DNA of 64,000 bases from Lytechinus pictus (lineage: Eukaryota). How positions within the stretch are numbered: the first letter of the stretch is position 1; each line of letters starts with the position of its first letter. Shown here piece by piece: positions 1 to 14,400 of the stretch. The notes below the pieces were generated by a model. It did no database searches. It saw only the letters and a list, made by a program, of their open reading frames with translations, and was not told the DNA's origin. The translations under genes and the position numbers were made by a program. The DNA lies in assembly GCF_037042905.1 (NCBI RefSeq), contig NC_087245.1, forward strand, positions 1,488,001-1,552,000, written 5' to 3'.

Positions 1-377
1 AGAGCAGACAACAAAGCAATATCGATGGAACCCGACTTGTCCGCGCGTGCTGATTGCCCTTATGCATTTTTGTACACAGTGCCTATTGACTTGGGGAAAA
101 AGCGAAGATTTGACAAAATAACACGACTTTTTCCTCGTAAATTTCTTAACTATTCTGTTGATTTGAGAAGCGAGACCTTTAGTTCTAGAAAGAAAAATGT
201 CTGATCTTTCATCTTTACATTCACTAAAAATCCTGAAAATACTTCAGTTTGGCGCAATTAGCAATAGATTAGAAAAAACACCCGAAAACACCGCCACAGA
301 TCCAAATACCAGCAATGTACAAAAACGGCTCCGCTGCAGGGAGAGGTATCCGGTTTCGCGGGCCCGCACGCAAAGGG
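1..377. mobile_element. right end of a piggyBac-like non-autonomous element, truncated by window edge
   Basis: Ends ...GCACGCAAAGGG followed by TTAA (378-381); left end not in window. Confidence 0.4.
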
Positions 378-779
378 TTAATCTAGCTCTGTTTCACTTA
401 TGTGGCGAGCATCATGCAAGACATATATCCATCCATTTGAGGGATGGGGGGGGGGTGAGTGAATTAGATAAAATAGAAGGAATCTGTCCAAGAGATTTGT
501 CCAGGATAGTATGTTTCAGAGTCTTCTTTAGCTAAGTGTTAGTGTGAGTGTGTATGAGTTACGTCTCTGTGTGTGGGTTTCGGTGCAGATGTGCATATAA
601 TAATCAAATGTGAGGGCGTACATGAGTATTTGTTCATGTTAACGAACATGCACACAATTAATGTGTTTATATTGAAAACAAAAACAAGGAATGATTTGAG
701 TTGCATAGGTTCATTAACTTTCTAGGACCAATTTTCTTTAATGCCTTTTTGGTTGCACAAGCTTTATTAGATATATATA

Positions 780-1602
780 CAGTGCGTCCCCCCCAACAAA
801 AAAAAACGAGGTTTAGCGATGATTTGTCATATCTTAATCACAAATATAATAGACAAATGACCTATCATTGTAAAGCTTCGAATCTCCTCTTTCAGATATT
901 ATAGCATACAATATTTCTTATCCACGCATGAGTGAGTAAAAACAATTTGAAGAAAGGATAGCAAAAAGTCATTTGACGGGAGGTATCAAAATATCAAAAA
1001 GAAAATCACATGCCTAAAAAGTTCAATATCTGCTTTTTAATTTGATAGCTAAATAGCAGAAAATGGTAAAAAAAAATAAAGCTATGCTTCTATGCTTCTT
1101 CATAAAAATGATCGTTTTCCATAATTTCATGAAACATACATGTTTTCACCGGTTTCTCACCTAAGCTATCGCATGGTTAACAAAAGACTTTATGCATGGC
1201 TGATCGTCAACAAAATGGTGTGTCGAGTAAGTCTGAAAGCAATCCTGTAATACCTCGTCATTTTATGAAACTATTGGAATTCAAGCCTTATTTCAAATAA
1301 ACTGACATTCTTTTTTCTTGACCGTTTTCTGTAATTGAAGCAAATTAAAGAGCAGATATTGAACTTTTTAAAAATTTGATTTTCTTATTGAAACTCAGAT
1401 ACCTCTCGCCAAGTGACTTTTTGGTTTTTCTTTCTTCAAATTGTTTTTGCTCACTAATGCATGAATGATGAATACTCTTAGTTATTTCAAATGAAAGAGG
1501 AGACTAAGCTTTACAATGGTAGGTCATTTGTCTATTGTATTTGTGATTAAGTTATGATAAATCATCCATAAATCTAGGATTTGTTTTTTATGGGACGCAC
1601 TG
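780..1602. mobile_element. Tc1/mariner-like MITE
   Basis: TIR CAGTGCGTCCC...GGGACGCACTG flanked by TA; internally palindromic; second partial copy at ~62523-63216. Confidence 0.8.
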
Positions 1603-1670
1603 TATATATATTTTTTTTGAGATGCCAGTTTTACAAGTTTTCTGGCTGACTTGTTTTTTTATTCGTAAAG

Positions 1671-4600
1671 ATTATTTCTGGAGGAAGAATCACAGCTAGT
1701 GGTAAATACAGCTGGACCAACAACATTGAAAGCACAGCTGATAGAGATCTACCCATTATTCAGTCTGAGATCATCTCTCGAATCGCAGCCTCTAGCTCAG
1801 CCTCTTCACGATCTAGACGTCAACTCAGACGTCGTTCCTCTGTTATTTGGCGACGATATGAAGGTACATTATGATTCTGGACAACTTATTTGATATTATA
1901 AACAAAGGTGAAAATGTTCCCTTCTATCAATGATATGAAGTTAATTGGCCATGATAGGCCATTTGCTCTCTGCCAGCCATGTAAATGTGACTCCCCTCCC
2001 CCAAAAAAAATAATTAAAAAAAGTAAATGGAAAAATGAATAAATGAATAAATAAACAGATAAATAAATAAATTAATGAATGAATGAATTAATTAATTAGA
2101 GCTGAATTGCACTCATCAGTCGTTTTTTTCTCCCCTGGTTCCAATTGCATTTCTTTATTATGTTATATAAAATTGGTTTTACCTTTCTTTTTGTGTCTGT
2201 CTGCAGATGTTGCCCCTGAGTTACCAAACTATCACAGGAATGGCACCAAAGCCAGTGCCGTCTTTTTCTTCAATGCAATCTCTGAAATGTCTCCAAATAG
2301 TAAAATCCTTGTCTATTATATCCGGAATGATAATGAAGTGGTCAGTGCAAGCACTAACTTAAAAATGGCAGCTGCTTTTAAGAATCAGGTACGTTGTAGA
2401 TTTTTCTTCTTAAATTAAACACCAAGAGCAGCTTGTACAGGTATATACAGGTATATACATGTATTTAGACAATGAGAGATGTTTGGTGAATTAAAAAGAG
2501 GAATGAGCAAAATTCCTGTTAAGCCCCTAAATTTCAGTATTCTTGTGGGGTTGGGAGAAATATTCTATTTGTTGCCTTTCTGTGAAAATTATTTTAATAT
2601 CTTGTTACCTCTCAAAATGGCCTCTTGCGTTTCTTTAACAGATAATGAATAGTTTTTGTCTCACCTGCATAGCAGAGTGAGACTATAGGCGCCGCTTTTC
2701 CGACGGCGACGGCGACGGCGGCGGCGGCGTCAACACCAAATCTTAACCTGAGGTTAAGTTTTTGAAATGACAGCATAACTTAGAAAGTATATGGACCTAG
2801 TTCATGAAACTTGGCCATAAGGTTAATCAAGTATTACTAAACATCCTGCCTGAGTTTCATGTCACATGACCAAGGTCAAAGGTCATTTAGGGTCAATGAA
2901 CTTAGACCATGTTGGGGGAATCAACATCAAAATCTTAACCTAAGGTTAAGTTTTTGAAATGTCATCATAACTTAGAAAATATATGGACCTAGTTCATGAA
3001 ACTTATACATAAGGTTAATCAAGTATCACTGAACTTCCTGCATGAGTTTCACGTCACATGACCAAGGTCAAAGGTCATTTAGGGTCAATTAACTTTGGCC
3101 GAATTGGGGGTATCTGTTGAATTACCATCATAACTTTGAAAGTTTATGGATCTGATTCATGAAACTTGGACATAATAGTAATCAAGTATTACTGAACATC
3201 CTGTGCAAGTTTCAGGTCACATGATCAAGGTCAAAGGTCATTTAGGGTCAATGAACTTTGGCCAAATTGGGGTATTTGTTGAATTACAGCCATAAATTTG
3301 AAAGTGTGTTGGTCTAGTTCATAAAACTTGGACATAATAGTAATCAAGTATCACTGAACATCCTGTGCGAGTTTCAGGTCACATGATCAAGGTCAAAGGT
3401 CATGTAAGGTCAAAGAACTTTGGCCACGTTGGGGGTATTTGTTGAATTGCCATCATATCTCTATAAGTGTATTGGTCTAGTTCATAAAACGTGGAAATAA
3501 GAGTAACCAAGTATCACTGAACATCTTGTGCGAGTTATAGTAGTTTTCAAAATCAGCACTGCTGCTATATTGAATCGCGTGATGCAGGTGAGACGGCCAG
3601 AGGCATTCCACTTGTTTAAATATATCCCCCTCCCATTGATATTTTTAAATGATTTGACTTTAATATAAATTATAAGATCAAATACTTAGCTTTGTTTTAT
3701 GAGGTTTTTGAAATCAATACCAGTAATTAAACTGTATAGTATGCTTCACATGTATCTTCTTGATCTTTTTACCAGGTATCGGTTGAGTTTCTAAATGAGA
3801 GGGTGATACGACCAGGTCAAACTGCTTCTATAGCTCTCAATGCTAGAAATGGCTCACTCTGTGCTTTGGGTGTTGTTGATAAAAGTGTACATATCATAGG
3901 TGGAGACAATCAACTTTCTAAAGAAAAGGTTTGTTTATCATATCTCTATTAGTATCGATTGAAAGATGCACCACTCGGTTGAAACTAACAACTTGTACTG
4001 ACCACACAGAAACATTGTTAGTGCTAACAATGCACACAGAGACCCTGTTACAACTGGTAATTTGGCAGCGATGCCTAATATCACAACAATGCATTACTTA
4101 CACATTGAAACAAATGTTTTGACTTCACAAACCAAAAGATGTGACTGGGCTTACTGTTAGCGCTCTGTTTGGCTAACAACGTTTCTGTGTGGCCGGCACT
4201 GGAAGTTTGTTGCAATGTTGTTACTGTTAACTTATGCAATATTGACTGTTTTAAGTTTCTGTGAAATTCATAATAGAGTTCTGAGAAGAAAAAAATAATG
4301 AATTATATTTAAATTGAAACTTTGAAAAGATAAGTTACTAGGGTCTAACAAGATTACTGCTCTAAAAGATGATTGCTGCATTTTCTTCCTTTGTTAGAAT
4401 ATGATATAATTGTTGTACTGCAGGTGATGAATCCTTTGAATAGTTTGAGTTCAGTCCAAGGTACACTAAACGGTAGCTGCCCTACAGATTCTTCACATTT
4501 ATTCTCAAGCAAGCATGCTGATAGTGCAGAAGGATTTAGGGTAAGTTACATCTGTCTTATTTCAGAGGCTTGTGTTGGCACACATCCCTACTGATCTTGG

Positions 4601-7600
4601 CTTTTGACTTGTACTAGAAAAAAATAGTTATCAGTTAAGTTATAGGAGTTAATCTGATTATTTACATTTACACACATCAACAAAGATATCCGTATGTAAA
4701 ATACCCAATTTCTTTTTATGTTTGTTTTTAAATCATATCTTTAGAACTTTAAAATGTTTATATCAACGGTGAGGTTTATCAGTGGTATACCCTGAAGAAA
4801 GAACATACTTACTGACACTTATTTGTTCCTTTCAGGAGGAACTACATGTACATGTATGTAAGCCTGGAAGATCCATAGTGATGTTATATGGCCATGCAGT
4901 CATTTTGTAGATGCACGTTTTGAGATATTTTACTGCAAATGATCTTCTACCTTTTCTTCTCAATCCTGTATATTTTTGTTATGTTTAACATGGTTTTGAT
5001 TAAGTAATGAGTAGATATGCATAGTAATTGTACCTTTTTCTTTCAGAAAGCTGATGTTGGTTTCTATAGTGATCTTAAGTTAGAAACCAGACCTTGTTGG
5101 GAAAGAAGGACACCTCCCTGCAGTAAGTGTTTCTGTAGGATGATTTAACCGTTTCATGATACATGCGCCACTAATCCACAAATATTCATTATCATGAGAG
5201 GCTTATTGGTCAACAATTTTTTTAATGAGACATAGATCTCTGTCACAGGGGGTCTGCCTCTGATAGGAAAGAAAACATGTCCAACCATCCTCTGGCCACC
5301 TTTTAATGAGCCTAACTGATAGCACCTTCAGAGGTAGTCTCAGAGAGGACTCGGGCAGGCTGGCCCTGGACATTTTATTAGTAGATGTAAACGCAAACCT
5401 ACCTCAAACCCATCTCGGTCCGACTGTTGTAGTTTGTAGCACAGACCCCCCGTTGTCAATAGTGGGGTCTGCACTTGAATGAATGCTGTTGCATAAAAGT
5501 TACTTTTATTGTAATTTTGTCATCCAATGGCAACTACCATGGTAACAATGATCAACAGCCGATCAAAATCAAGGATTCCATGCAAGTTACCGTACTTTTA
5601 TGCAACAGGGCCCGGGTTTGTTTGTGAATCTAATCCATTTCAATTTCTGTCTTGGGCCGGCCCGGGCCAGCAATTTGTCAGATATAACGGGGGTCTTGAA
5701 GCTTGAGTGCGAGGATTGCAGTAAAACTGTATTTTGTAAATACGGTTTGTAATCACTTGGAAATTGAAATACTGTGAGTAATGTATGGTGTTGAGAACAC
5801 TTTTATTAACCAATCTCTCATTATAAATTGAAAGAAGTGACATAACAATAAGGGCACAAATTGTATAATGAAACACACAAATTTGGGGAAAATGATAAAC
5901 ATGTAACCTTTATATCAATAACCAATATTTTAACCCCCCTCCCTTCTCTGTTCTATGTTTGACATTTATTCATTGGGGACTATTTATTTCAATATTCTGT
6001 TTTTGTTTGTTTTTTAGGGTTTTTCTTCTTTTTTTTACATTTGGCAATGATTAAATATCAAAATATTGAATATTATGCAATATCAATGGCCTAAACCCAG
6101 GAGGAAGGTTTGAAGCACGGCTTATGTCAATTTTTATGTGTATATTACACTGAGGTAGCATGTAGATTAAGAAACTGAGAAGGTTCGATATGTGCACTAA
6201 TGGGTGAAAAAACCTTAAAGTTGAATTAAGAAGACGATTCCAAATATTGAGATATTTACATTAATAGCAACCTTACAACCCCCCAAACACTAAGAGGTGA
6301 TTCGACCCCCCATTTTCTTTTTTCAAAATAGTGAATTTGAACGATTTATCCCTACCCATTTTCCCTGAGTTCGCTCAAGCAATGCCTACCGAGACGGGTG
6401 TTCTTTGACTGTGACGTCACCGGGGGGTATTCGGTCCCGGTGTAGAAAACAAGGCAATGCCATTTTGTGTACTATGCACGTACGCCTTCATATTTACTTT
6501 TGTGTCAAAACTTCATTTTATTGCTATTGATTTTATGTGAACGATACTGAAAGGAAGTAATAATTATTTAAAGACATATAGTCAATAATATATCCCTACA
6601 TTGTTAAAACAACTGTTCTTCTTTGTAGCGATTTTAGACGATTTTAATGCCTTGTTTTCGTTCGGGACTGTGTCCGTGGCGAAACAAGTCATAATGGAAT
6701 AAACTGCAGTTAAAGTTGTATCTGCGAGCCGGAGAACTTGCAAAGAGGAAATGATTAAAAGTATATTTATGGCCGTACTATTATTCCTAATATGTAAATT
6801 CCCTCAGAATGATACCATAGACCCTAAAGGAATAATTTCAAGGCGAATAATATGAAATTTGATCGACATCTTCTCACCAGTCGATAACGTAGCAGACGTG
6901 TTATTATGACATATTTATCCACGTGTGACGCGGCTCTTGCAAAAAACACAGTTGGTTGCGGAATTGCTTTGTGCCGACCGGCCGCCCGCTCCGGCTCAGC
7001 TAGCTGTCGAGCTACCGTACTATACCGCATACCTTTCTTGCTGTCTTCAACTCACTTGCGAATTGCGTTTGTATGTGTGACGATGACCTCTAGCGTAATT
7101 AATTTAAATATAGAAAACAACTCGGAAGGCCGAGAAGAATAGTACGTTTGATTCAAGATTGTTCTGTGGAATGAGCTGAGTGGAAATGATCCAGAGGATA
7201 TAAAAATGGAGTCAAAGACAAAAGGAAAGAAGAAAAAGACGCCAGGGGATCGCTGCATGCTCATGAACTGCGGGTCGACATACCGGTACCAGACCACTAC
7301 TGTACGGTACACTCAATGCCTGGGTGTTGTGTGTATTGTATAGGCGTGCAGCGCGCGCAGAGCTGAGCTAGCCACCGGAATTACTTTCCAGCTACTCACT
7401 TGATGGAACATCGTGATAAAATAAATGAGAAATAGTGAAAATATCATTCTATAACTCACTGTTTGCAATCTTACATCATGATTTAAGAGTTCATGATAGT
7501 TATTCATACTGTTTTTTATACAGGGAAAGTAAAGATTTGTACATACGATTCCTATTTGTTTGATTTGAGTTGCTTTGAAAAAAAAAAGTAAAATCATCTT

Positions 7601-8333
7601 TCTCTCTCTGCATAGCATTTCTGTATTATATCCGGACACCTCTTATACTAAATTCCCCCCGGTGACGTCACACTCAGAGTGATTTTTCTGTACACTCGTC
7701 TCTGGGGCTCTGACAGGTGGCTAATTTCATAGAGTTTCAAAGCAAAATATTGAGAAGGCAGAGTATTTTTGTGACATGCTATCTGTTTGAACAACTGATA
7801 TATACTATATATTGTGTGTGGAACCCATATTTATGGAAACTCACCCCCTTCTTAATTCAACTTTAAGAAAAGCAAAAAAAAAAAAAAAAGGCTTGACCGA
7901 CATTGCCTTTATGCTGTGTTGAAACAATCTCATCTTGTTTTTGCATAATTTATGTTTTGTTTGATGATTTTCTGTTGATGCAGCTTATTGGCATTGCTTT
8001 AGAGATTCCCACAGTATCCTTGCGAAGTTGCCACAAAATGGGATGCCAGGACAAATTCTCTTTGCTCCTGTAGCAATGCAATTTGATGTGGATATGGTTA
8101 GAAATGTAGAAGAAGATACTCCAGGGCAAGAAGAAGCACCGATCACTGAACTGCGTAATTACTTCCCAGAAACATGGCTCTGGAAACTCAATAGAATAGG
8201 GTAGGTAATGGCAGTAATATATAATAATGCTAAATTTTTAGATCCCTCTCCAGAAAATAAATAGTGAAAAGATAAACATGAATTAATAAACATGATTAAA
8301 CAATCAATCAATAATTAAAAAAAAATTCTACTT

Positions 8334-8393
<60 letters not shown>

Positions 8394-8440
8394 ATAATAA
8401 TAATAATAATAATGATAATAATAATAACAATAACAATAAC

Positions 8441-8473
<33 letters not shown>

Positions 8474-11400
8474 GCAACATTGACTGGCCTCGGGGCGATA
8501 CAACATATATCGCCCAAACTGGATTTACATGTATATCGCCCGAGTCGTAGACGAGGATGATATCAATTTAGTGAGGGCGATATATGTCCTTTTGCCCCAA
8601 GGCCAGTCAATATTACTATTATTAACAAAATCAGACATCTGGAGCAAAAATCGTTAAAATTTAGATATTTTATAGTTTAAGAATGAGAATCTAGTTTGTC
8701 ATGTTGAGCAGACTGGGCCTCTGGACTTTACCATAGTGACGTAATTGACATGACGCGTCCCTGCATGGCCTAGGGACGCAGGATCCAGCGTTGTCTCAAC
8801 TTGATTACCATTATGACGTACAGCACTGCGCGGTTCAAGGACGCGTACAAAAACGCGTAGAATACCCGGATGTTAGCTCTGCTTTATTGCCCGCTACATT
8901 CCCAAGCATGTTCTCATTGACTTTCCTGAGCAGGCAATAAATTGGGCCCGTGGATAAACAATTGGAAATTTATTGACCGGCCATTTGATCCCAGTCTTAA
9001 GCAGGCAACAATGTATCAAAGTTGCCCTGCTCAGATGTCTGATATGATTAATAATAATAATAATAACAATAATGATAGTAATAATGAAAATGATAATGAT
9101 AATGACACATCGGGAGTATGTAGACCAGAAGGCCACCCATCAATGGCTTAAGTCGGCGGGACTAAGAAGTGAAACTGAAGGGCTCATCTATGCTATTCAG
9201 GACCAGGTGGTGAGGACCCGTGCCTACGAAAAGTTTATCCTCAATGAAGACACACTCGACACTTGCAGGATGTGTGGAATAGAGACCGAAACAATCATGC
9301 ATTTGGTATCAGGATGTTCGATTCATGCTGGAACTGAGTACATCACAATACATGACAATATTGCCAAAACTTATCCAATTGGCAACTACTGAAGGATTGT
9401 GGTAAAATGACTTGTGATCACGCTTGGGAACATCAGCCACAAACGATCACCATGATCAATGATAGCACCATATATTGAAACTGTGGCATGCTAACGGATA
9501 GAACCATCAACTGCAGCAAGACGGACATCATCGTCTGAGGCATACTAACGGATAGAACCATCATCATAAACACCATTGAGGTCTCTGTTCCCTATGATAT
9601 CAACATTGCTGTAAAGGAAAGAGACAAACGGCTCAAGTATCAAGACCTAAGGATTGAGATTGAGAGGATGTGAAACGCGGAAAAGGCAGAGGTCACACCA
9701 GACATCATTAGTCACTCAGGAATGGTAAAGAAGAGAATGGAAGCCTGCATAACCAAGATCTCTCCTCATCTTTGGATGTTCGACATTCAGAAGGCAGCTA
9801 TCTTGAGTACAACCAGATTGATAAGAAAGACTCTCGGACATTAGTAGTGTAAAGTTCGTAGTTGCACTTGAAATTACTTGGTGCTTTTGTTAGAGCGAAG
9901 TTATTCAAAGAAAAATGTCATTAAATTTTATGGCGCTATCTTTTTTTCTAGAAAAATTGTGTGAAGCGCTGAGGGGGGGATGTCTCTGTCCTATAGGGTT
10001 TAGCCTTTTCACACTAGCCATAATTTCTTATTTAATAACTGATTTTGATGGAACTGTTTTTAAACTGGTTGTCTCTATGCTGTCGATGTTTGCCCAAGAT
10101 TTCATTCTTTCTTATCAGAATACATAACACTTTTACAGTTGTTTACAATGAGGAATATGTGTCAGTACTCTCCACTGCTTAAGCTGACCCATCTATTGGG
10201 AAGGCTGTTCATCTTTAGGAGATGAATTGATAGATTAATCTGACATTTCTGATTTAGATCTGCAGGTCAACGTGTGATAGAAGAAGAGATCCCACACACC
10301 ATTACTGAGTGGGTTGCTAATGCTTTCTGTCTGTCATCTCAGTATGGAATAGGAGTAGCAGAGACTACATCCATCCGAGCATTCCAACCTTTCTTTCTTT
10401 CCTATACTATTCCATACTCTATCATTCGAGGTGAGAAGGCACCGGTCAAAGTGACTGTCTTCAACTACCTCAGTCAATGCCTCAATGTGAGTACAAGTCA
10501 ACCATGCTTTCATATAATTGTAATTTACCTTTAGCAACAGCAACAAAAAAACATTAGTTTTAGTATAATTGCAAGATCTGTAACAAGCATTACTTAATAA
10601 CAAATATTACAAAAATAGATAAATAGCTTGAAGCATAGTCAAGATGTTGATTTACTTTGTGCAAAGCAAAATTTTACGAGTGTCAGTTTTTATATTTCTT
10701 TCATGGACTTCAATATTCATGTAATAGAATGGACTGATATTTCAGATTTTGGAAAAGTCAAAATTTGTCAATAACTAGTTTCATTACTAGTTTTGTATCA
10801 AGAATGATTTCGATTTTGACTTGTCAAGAAGATTTTGTTTATTTTTGCTCTATAGATCCGACTATCCATGACTGAGTCTTCAAATTTCACAATTGAGACC
10901 CGCCCTGAATCAGAGACTGTAGAGGTTTGTGGTAACTCTGCTGATACTTTGGAATATGAGATCATACCTACAGCTCTTGGTGACATCCCAATCAGAGGTT
11001 AGCAACACTTCTAGGCTTATATCTTCTTCTTATGGCATAAATCTTCTGCTATCTATTCTATGAAGATGATACGATTAATTGTGGTTTAGCCATTGTGCCA
11101 TTGGTGAGGGAGGTGTACCTGGTTAATTTTTGTAATTAGGTACATGTACACGTGAGGGTATCTCGGTCTAGTGGTTAAGACTTTCGTCTTTTAATCTGAC
11201 TTGGGGTTTCATTCCAAGCCGTGGCATATTTTCCTTCAGCAAGAAATTTACCCACATTGTGCTGCACTCAACCCAGCTGAGGTGAATGGGTACCTGGTAG
11301 AAAGAAATTCCTTGAATGCTTCAGCATCTACATGTATATGGCAGCACAGCTAAAGCAGGGGTAATAATAGCAGCGCTTTGTATCCCTTGGATAAAGGCGC

Positions 11401-14400
11401 TTAATAAATCCAGCTATTGGCATATCACTGGTAGAGTTTGTAGAATGTCTAACTCATTCCATCTTTCGACAAGTTTCTTGGAATGTCTTATTCAGTTTCT
11501 GTGTCCTTTGTTCATAGTTACTGCTGTCGGTGAACCAAGTTCTGATCGTGGTGATCTTCCAAACGATGCTACCATCACTGATGCTCTGGAGGATACAATA
11601 CTTGTTGAGGTACTGTATTCATCAGCAATCCTACACACAATTATAATTGAGTCAAATTCATATTATAATTCAGTAAAACATATGAAGAAATGTATTATTA
11701 CAGCATTTTACCTCCCAATGAAATGGCTTTACAGCATTTTATTGCATTATTGTTTCAATATGGACAAGTTCTTTAGCCTGTCGTAAAAACAGATTTTTGC
11801 AAAATCCTTTGACTACCAAAATATATTTGTGCTCCATACTCCAGGTGGATGTTTCACAAAAATTTAAGTGTGACTTAGAGTTGCACTTAAATTCCCAGTT
11901 GCATACGGTATAGAAGACATCACTACATTGGTCAGATCATGCACACCTACAGCATATTCATCAATCAGATTGCGCGTTACATATGATGCGTGCGTCGGCA
12001 TTTAAGTGCGACTCTAAGTCATACTTAAAGGTCAAGTCTACCCCCGTAAAATATTGATTTGAATAAATAGAGAAAAATCAAACTAGCAGAACACTGAAAA
12101 TTTCATTGAAATCGGATGTAAAATAAGAAAGTTATGGCTTTTTAAATTTTCGCTTATTTTTCACAAAACAGTGATATGCACAACTCTGTGACATGCGAAT
12201 GAGTCAGTCAATGATGTCCACCACTAATACAATAAAATACAAAAGAAATAGTGAGTGGATGACATCATCAGTCTCCTCATTTGCATACCAACCAGGATGT
12301 GCATATAACTGTTTTGTGACTTTAAGCGAAACTTTAGAATGTCATAATTTTCTTATTTTACATCTGATTTTGATGAAATTTTCAGTGTTATGCTTGTTGG
12401 ATTTTTCTCTTTTTATTCAAATCAATTTTCTATTAGGGTGGACTAGACCTTTAAGTACGACTTAGAGTCGCACTTAAATGCCAACGCACACATCATATGT
12501 AACACGCAATCTGATTGATGGATATGCTGTCTTTGTTAAACACCCCCATGGTTGTATTTAAATCATATCCTTATGATAATTTATGATTAATGCTTTATGA
12601 ATGTCAGTAATGCCCCTTTCATGAGCTTTCTGTGAATGCTTGTTCAGTTTAATTTATTTTTGTTTTTCAGCCTGAGGGTGCGGAACGAGAGGAGACCTTT
12701 AGTGAGTTGATCTGCCCTCATGGTAAGGATATTATTGTGTGTAACTTTGTGAAAAAACAAGTACTTTTATGATTAAAAGAATGAAAAATATGTGTTGTTT
12801 ACTGATAATAAATTTGTCTCTGGTACTCTACAAACTGATTCTTCTTTTTATTAATGTGGTAATTCTGTTCCCAAATAATTCTTATTTTCTTGTAGAATAC
12901 AAACTATTATGCCACACTTTAATATTTATGTACCAAATCTTGGAACATTCCTGGATATGCAGAACTCATTATTCACCTGAGAGCAAAAGATATACTTCAT
13001 GCTGTAGCTCAAATATTATTTTAATGAATATCGCTAATAATGTACCATCGTATTTCCTCACATATAGATGAAAGTAATGGAGTTTTTGAGCAGACCATAT
13101 CTCTAGATCTCCCATCGGTAGTAGTAGAAGGATCTACACGTGGAAGAGTACAGGTTATAGGTGAGTTATCTCTGATTTTTTCCCGCCTGCATAGGAGAGT
13201 GAGACTTGTAGGTAGCGTCATCAACATTGAAATCTTAACCAAGGTTAAGTTTTTGAAATGTCATAACTTCAAAAATATATGGATCTAGTTCATGAAACAT
13301 GGACAAATGGGTATTCAATTATCACGGATCATTTTCCATGAGTTTCAGGTCACAGGACCAAGATCAAAGGTCATTTAGGGTCAATGAACTTTGACAATGT
13401 TGGGGTGTGAACATTTAATTCTTAGCCAAGGATAAGCTTTTGAAATGTCATCATAACTTACATGTAGTAAGTATATGGATCTTTTTCATTAAACTTGAAC
13501 TCAAGGGTAAATTAGTAAAACTCATCAACTGGCAGCTTGAGTTGCAGGTCACATGATCAAGGTCAAAGGTCTATCTAAATACTTCTCTGTCTGACTTTCT
13601 TTCTTTGTCTCTCCATCAGGTGACATCATGGGACCAGTGATGTCAAACCTTGATAGTCTATTGAGGATGCCGTTTGGATGTGGAGAGCAGAATATGATTT
13701 TCATGGCTCCTAACATCTATGTCATGCAGTATCTCTCTCTCACCAACCAGCTAACGTCAGAAATTAAAGAAAAAGCACTCAAGTTCATGGCAAGTGGTAA
13801 GGGCTAGTCATCATTCCTTGTAGGTAGAATCTTTTATAGAGAATAGGTACATGTAGTGTCCACTTCTTACGTTGATTGCTTTCTTCAAATGTTTTTGTAC
13901 CTCAGTCACATTTTCCCTACGGCGGCCGTAGAGCAAGTCAAAAACAGCCGTTTTAGCATTTTGTACCAGTTATATACATGTATAGGTGGTTTGAATAAAA
14001 ATGAATAAAATGACTTTTCGACTCGCGGTACGGCCGCCGTAGGGGAAATGTGACTGAGGTATAATGATCACTTTTATTATATTTCATGAACTTGTTTAAA
14101 ACAAACACCAAATCAACTGGCATCTATTTTTATTCGCCTGGTTATAAACATTGACTAATATGATTGTGTTAATATATAGAACACTGAGTTATGTTGCTTG
14201 GATGTGTTGCATCATGTATGAATGATCATTTAGTTCAAATCCTAATCATCAGTTCATAGTTTGAATTCTGATTGTTGGATGATCTGGTTTCTTAATTAGG
14301 ATATCAGAGAGAACTTGGATACCAGCTAATGGATCACTCCTACAGTGCCTTTGGACAGAGTGATGGGGTAGGAAGTACATGGTTGACATCATTTGTTCTG

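Noticed and set aside
8308..8517. Poly-Leu/Val and poly-Ile/Ser ORFs
   Set aside because: Translations of (AAT)n and (ACT)n microsatellites
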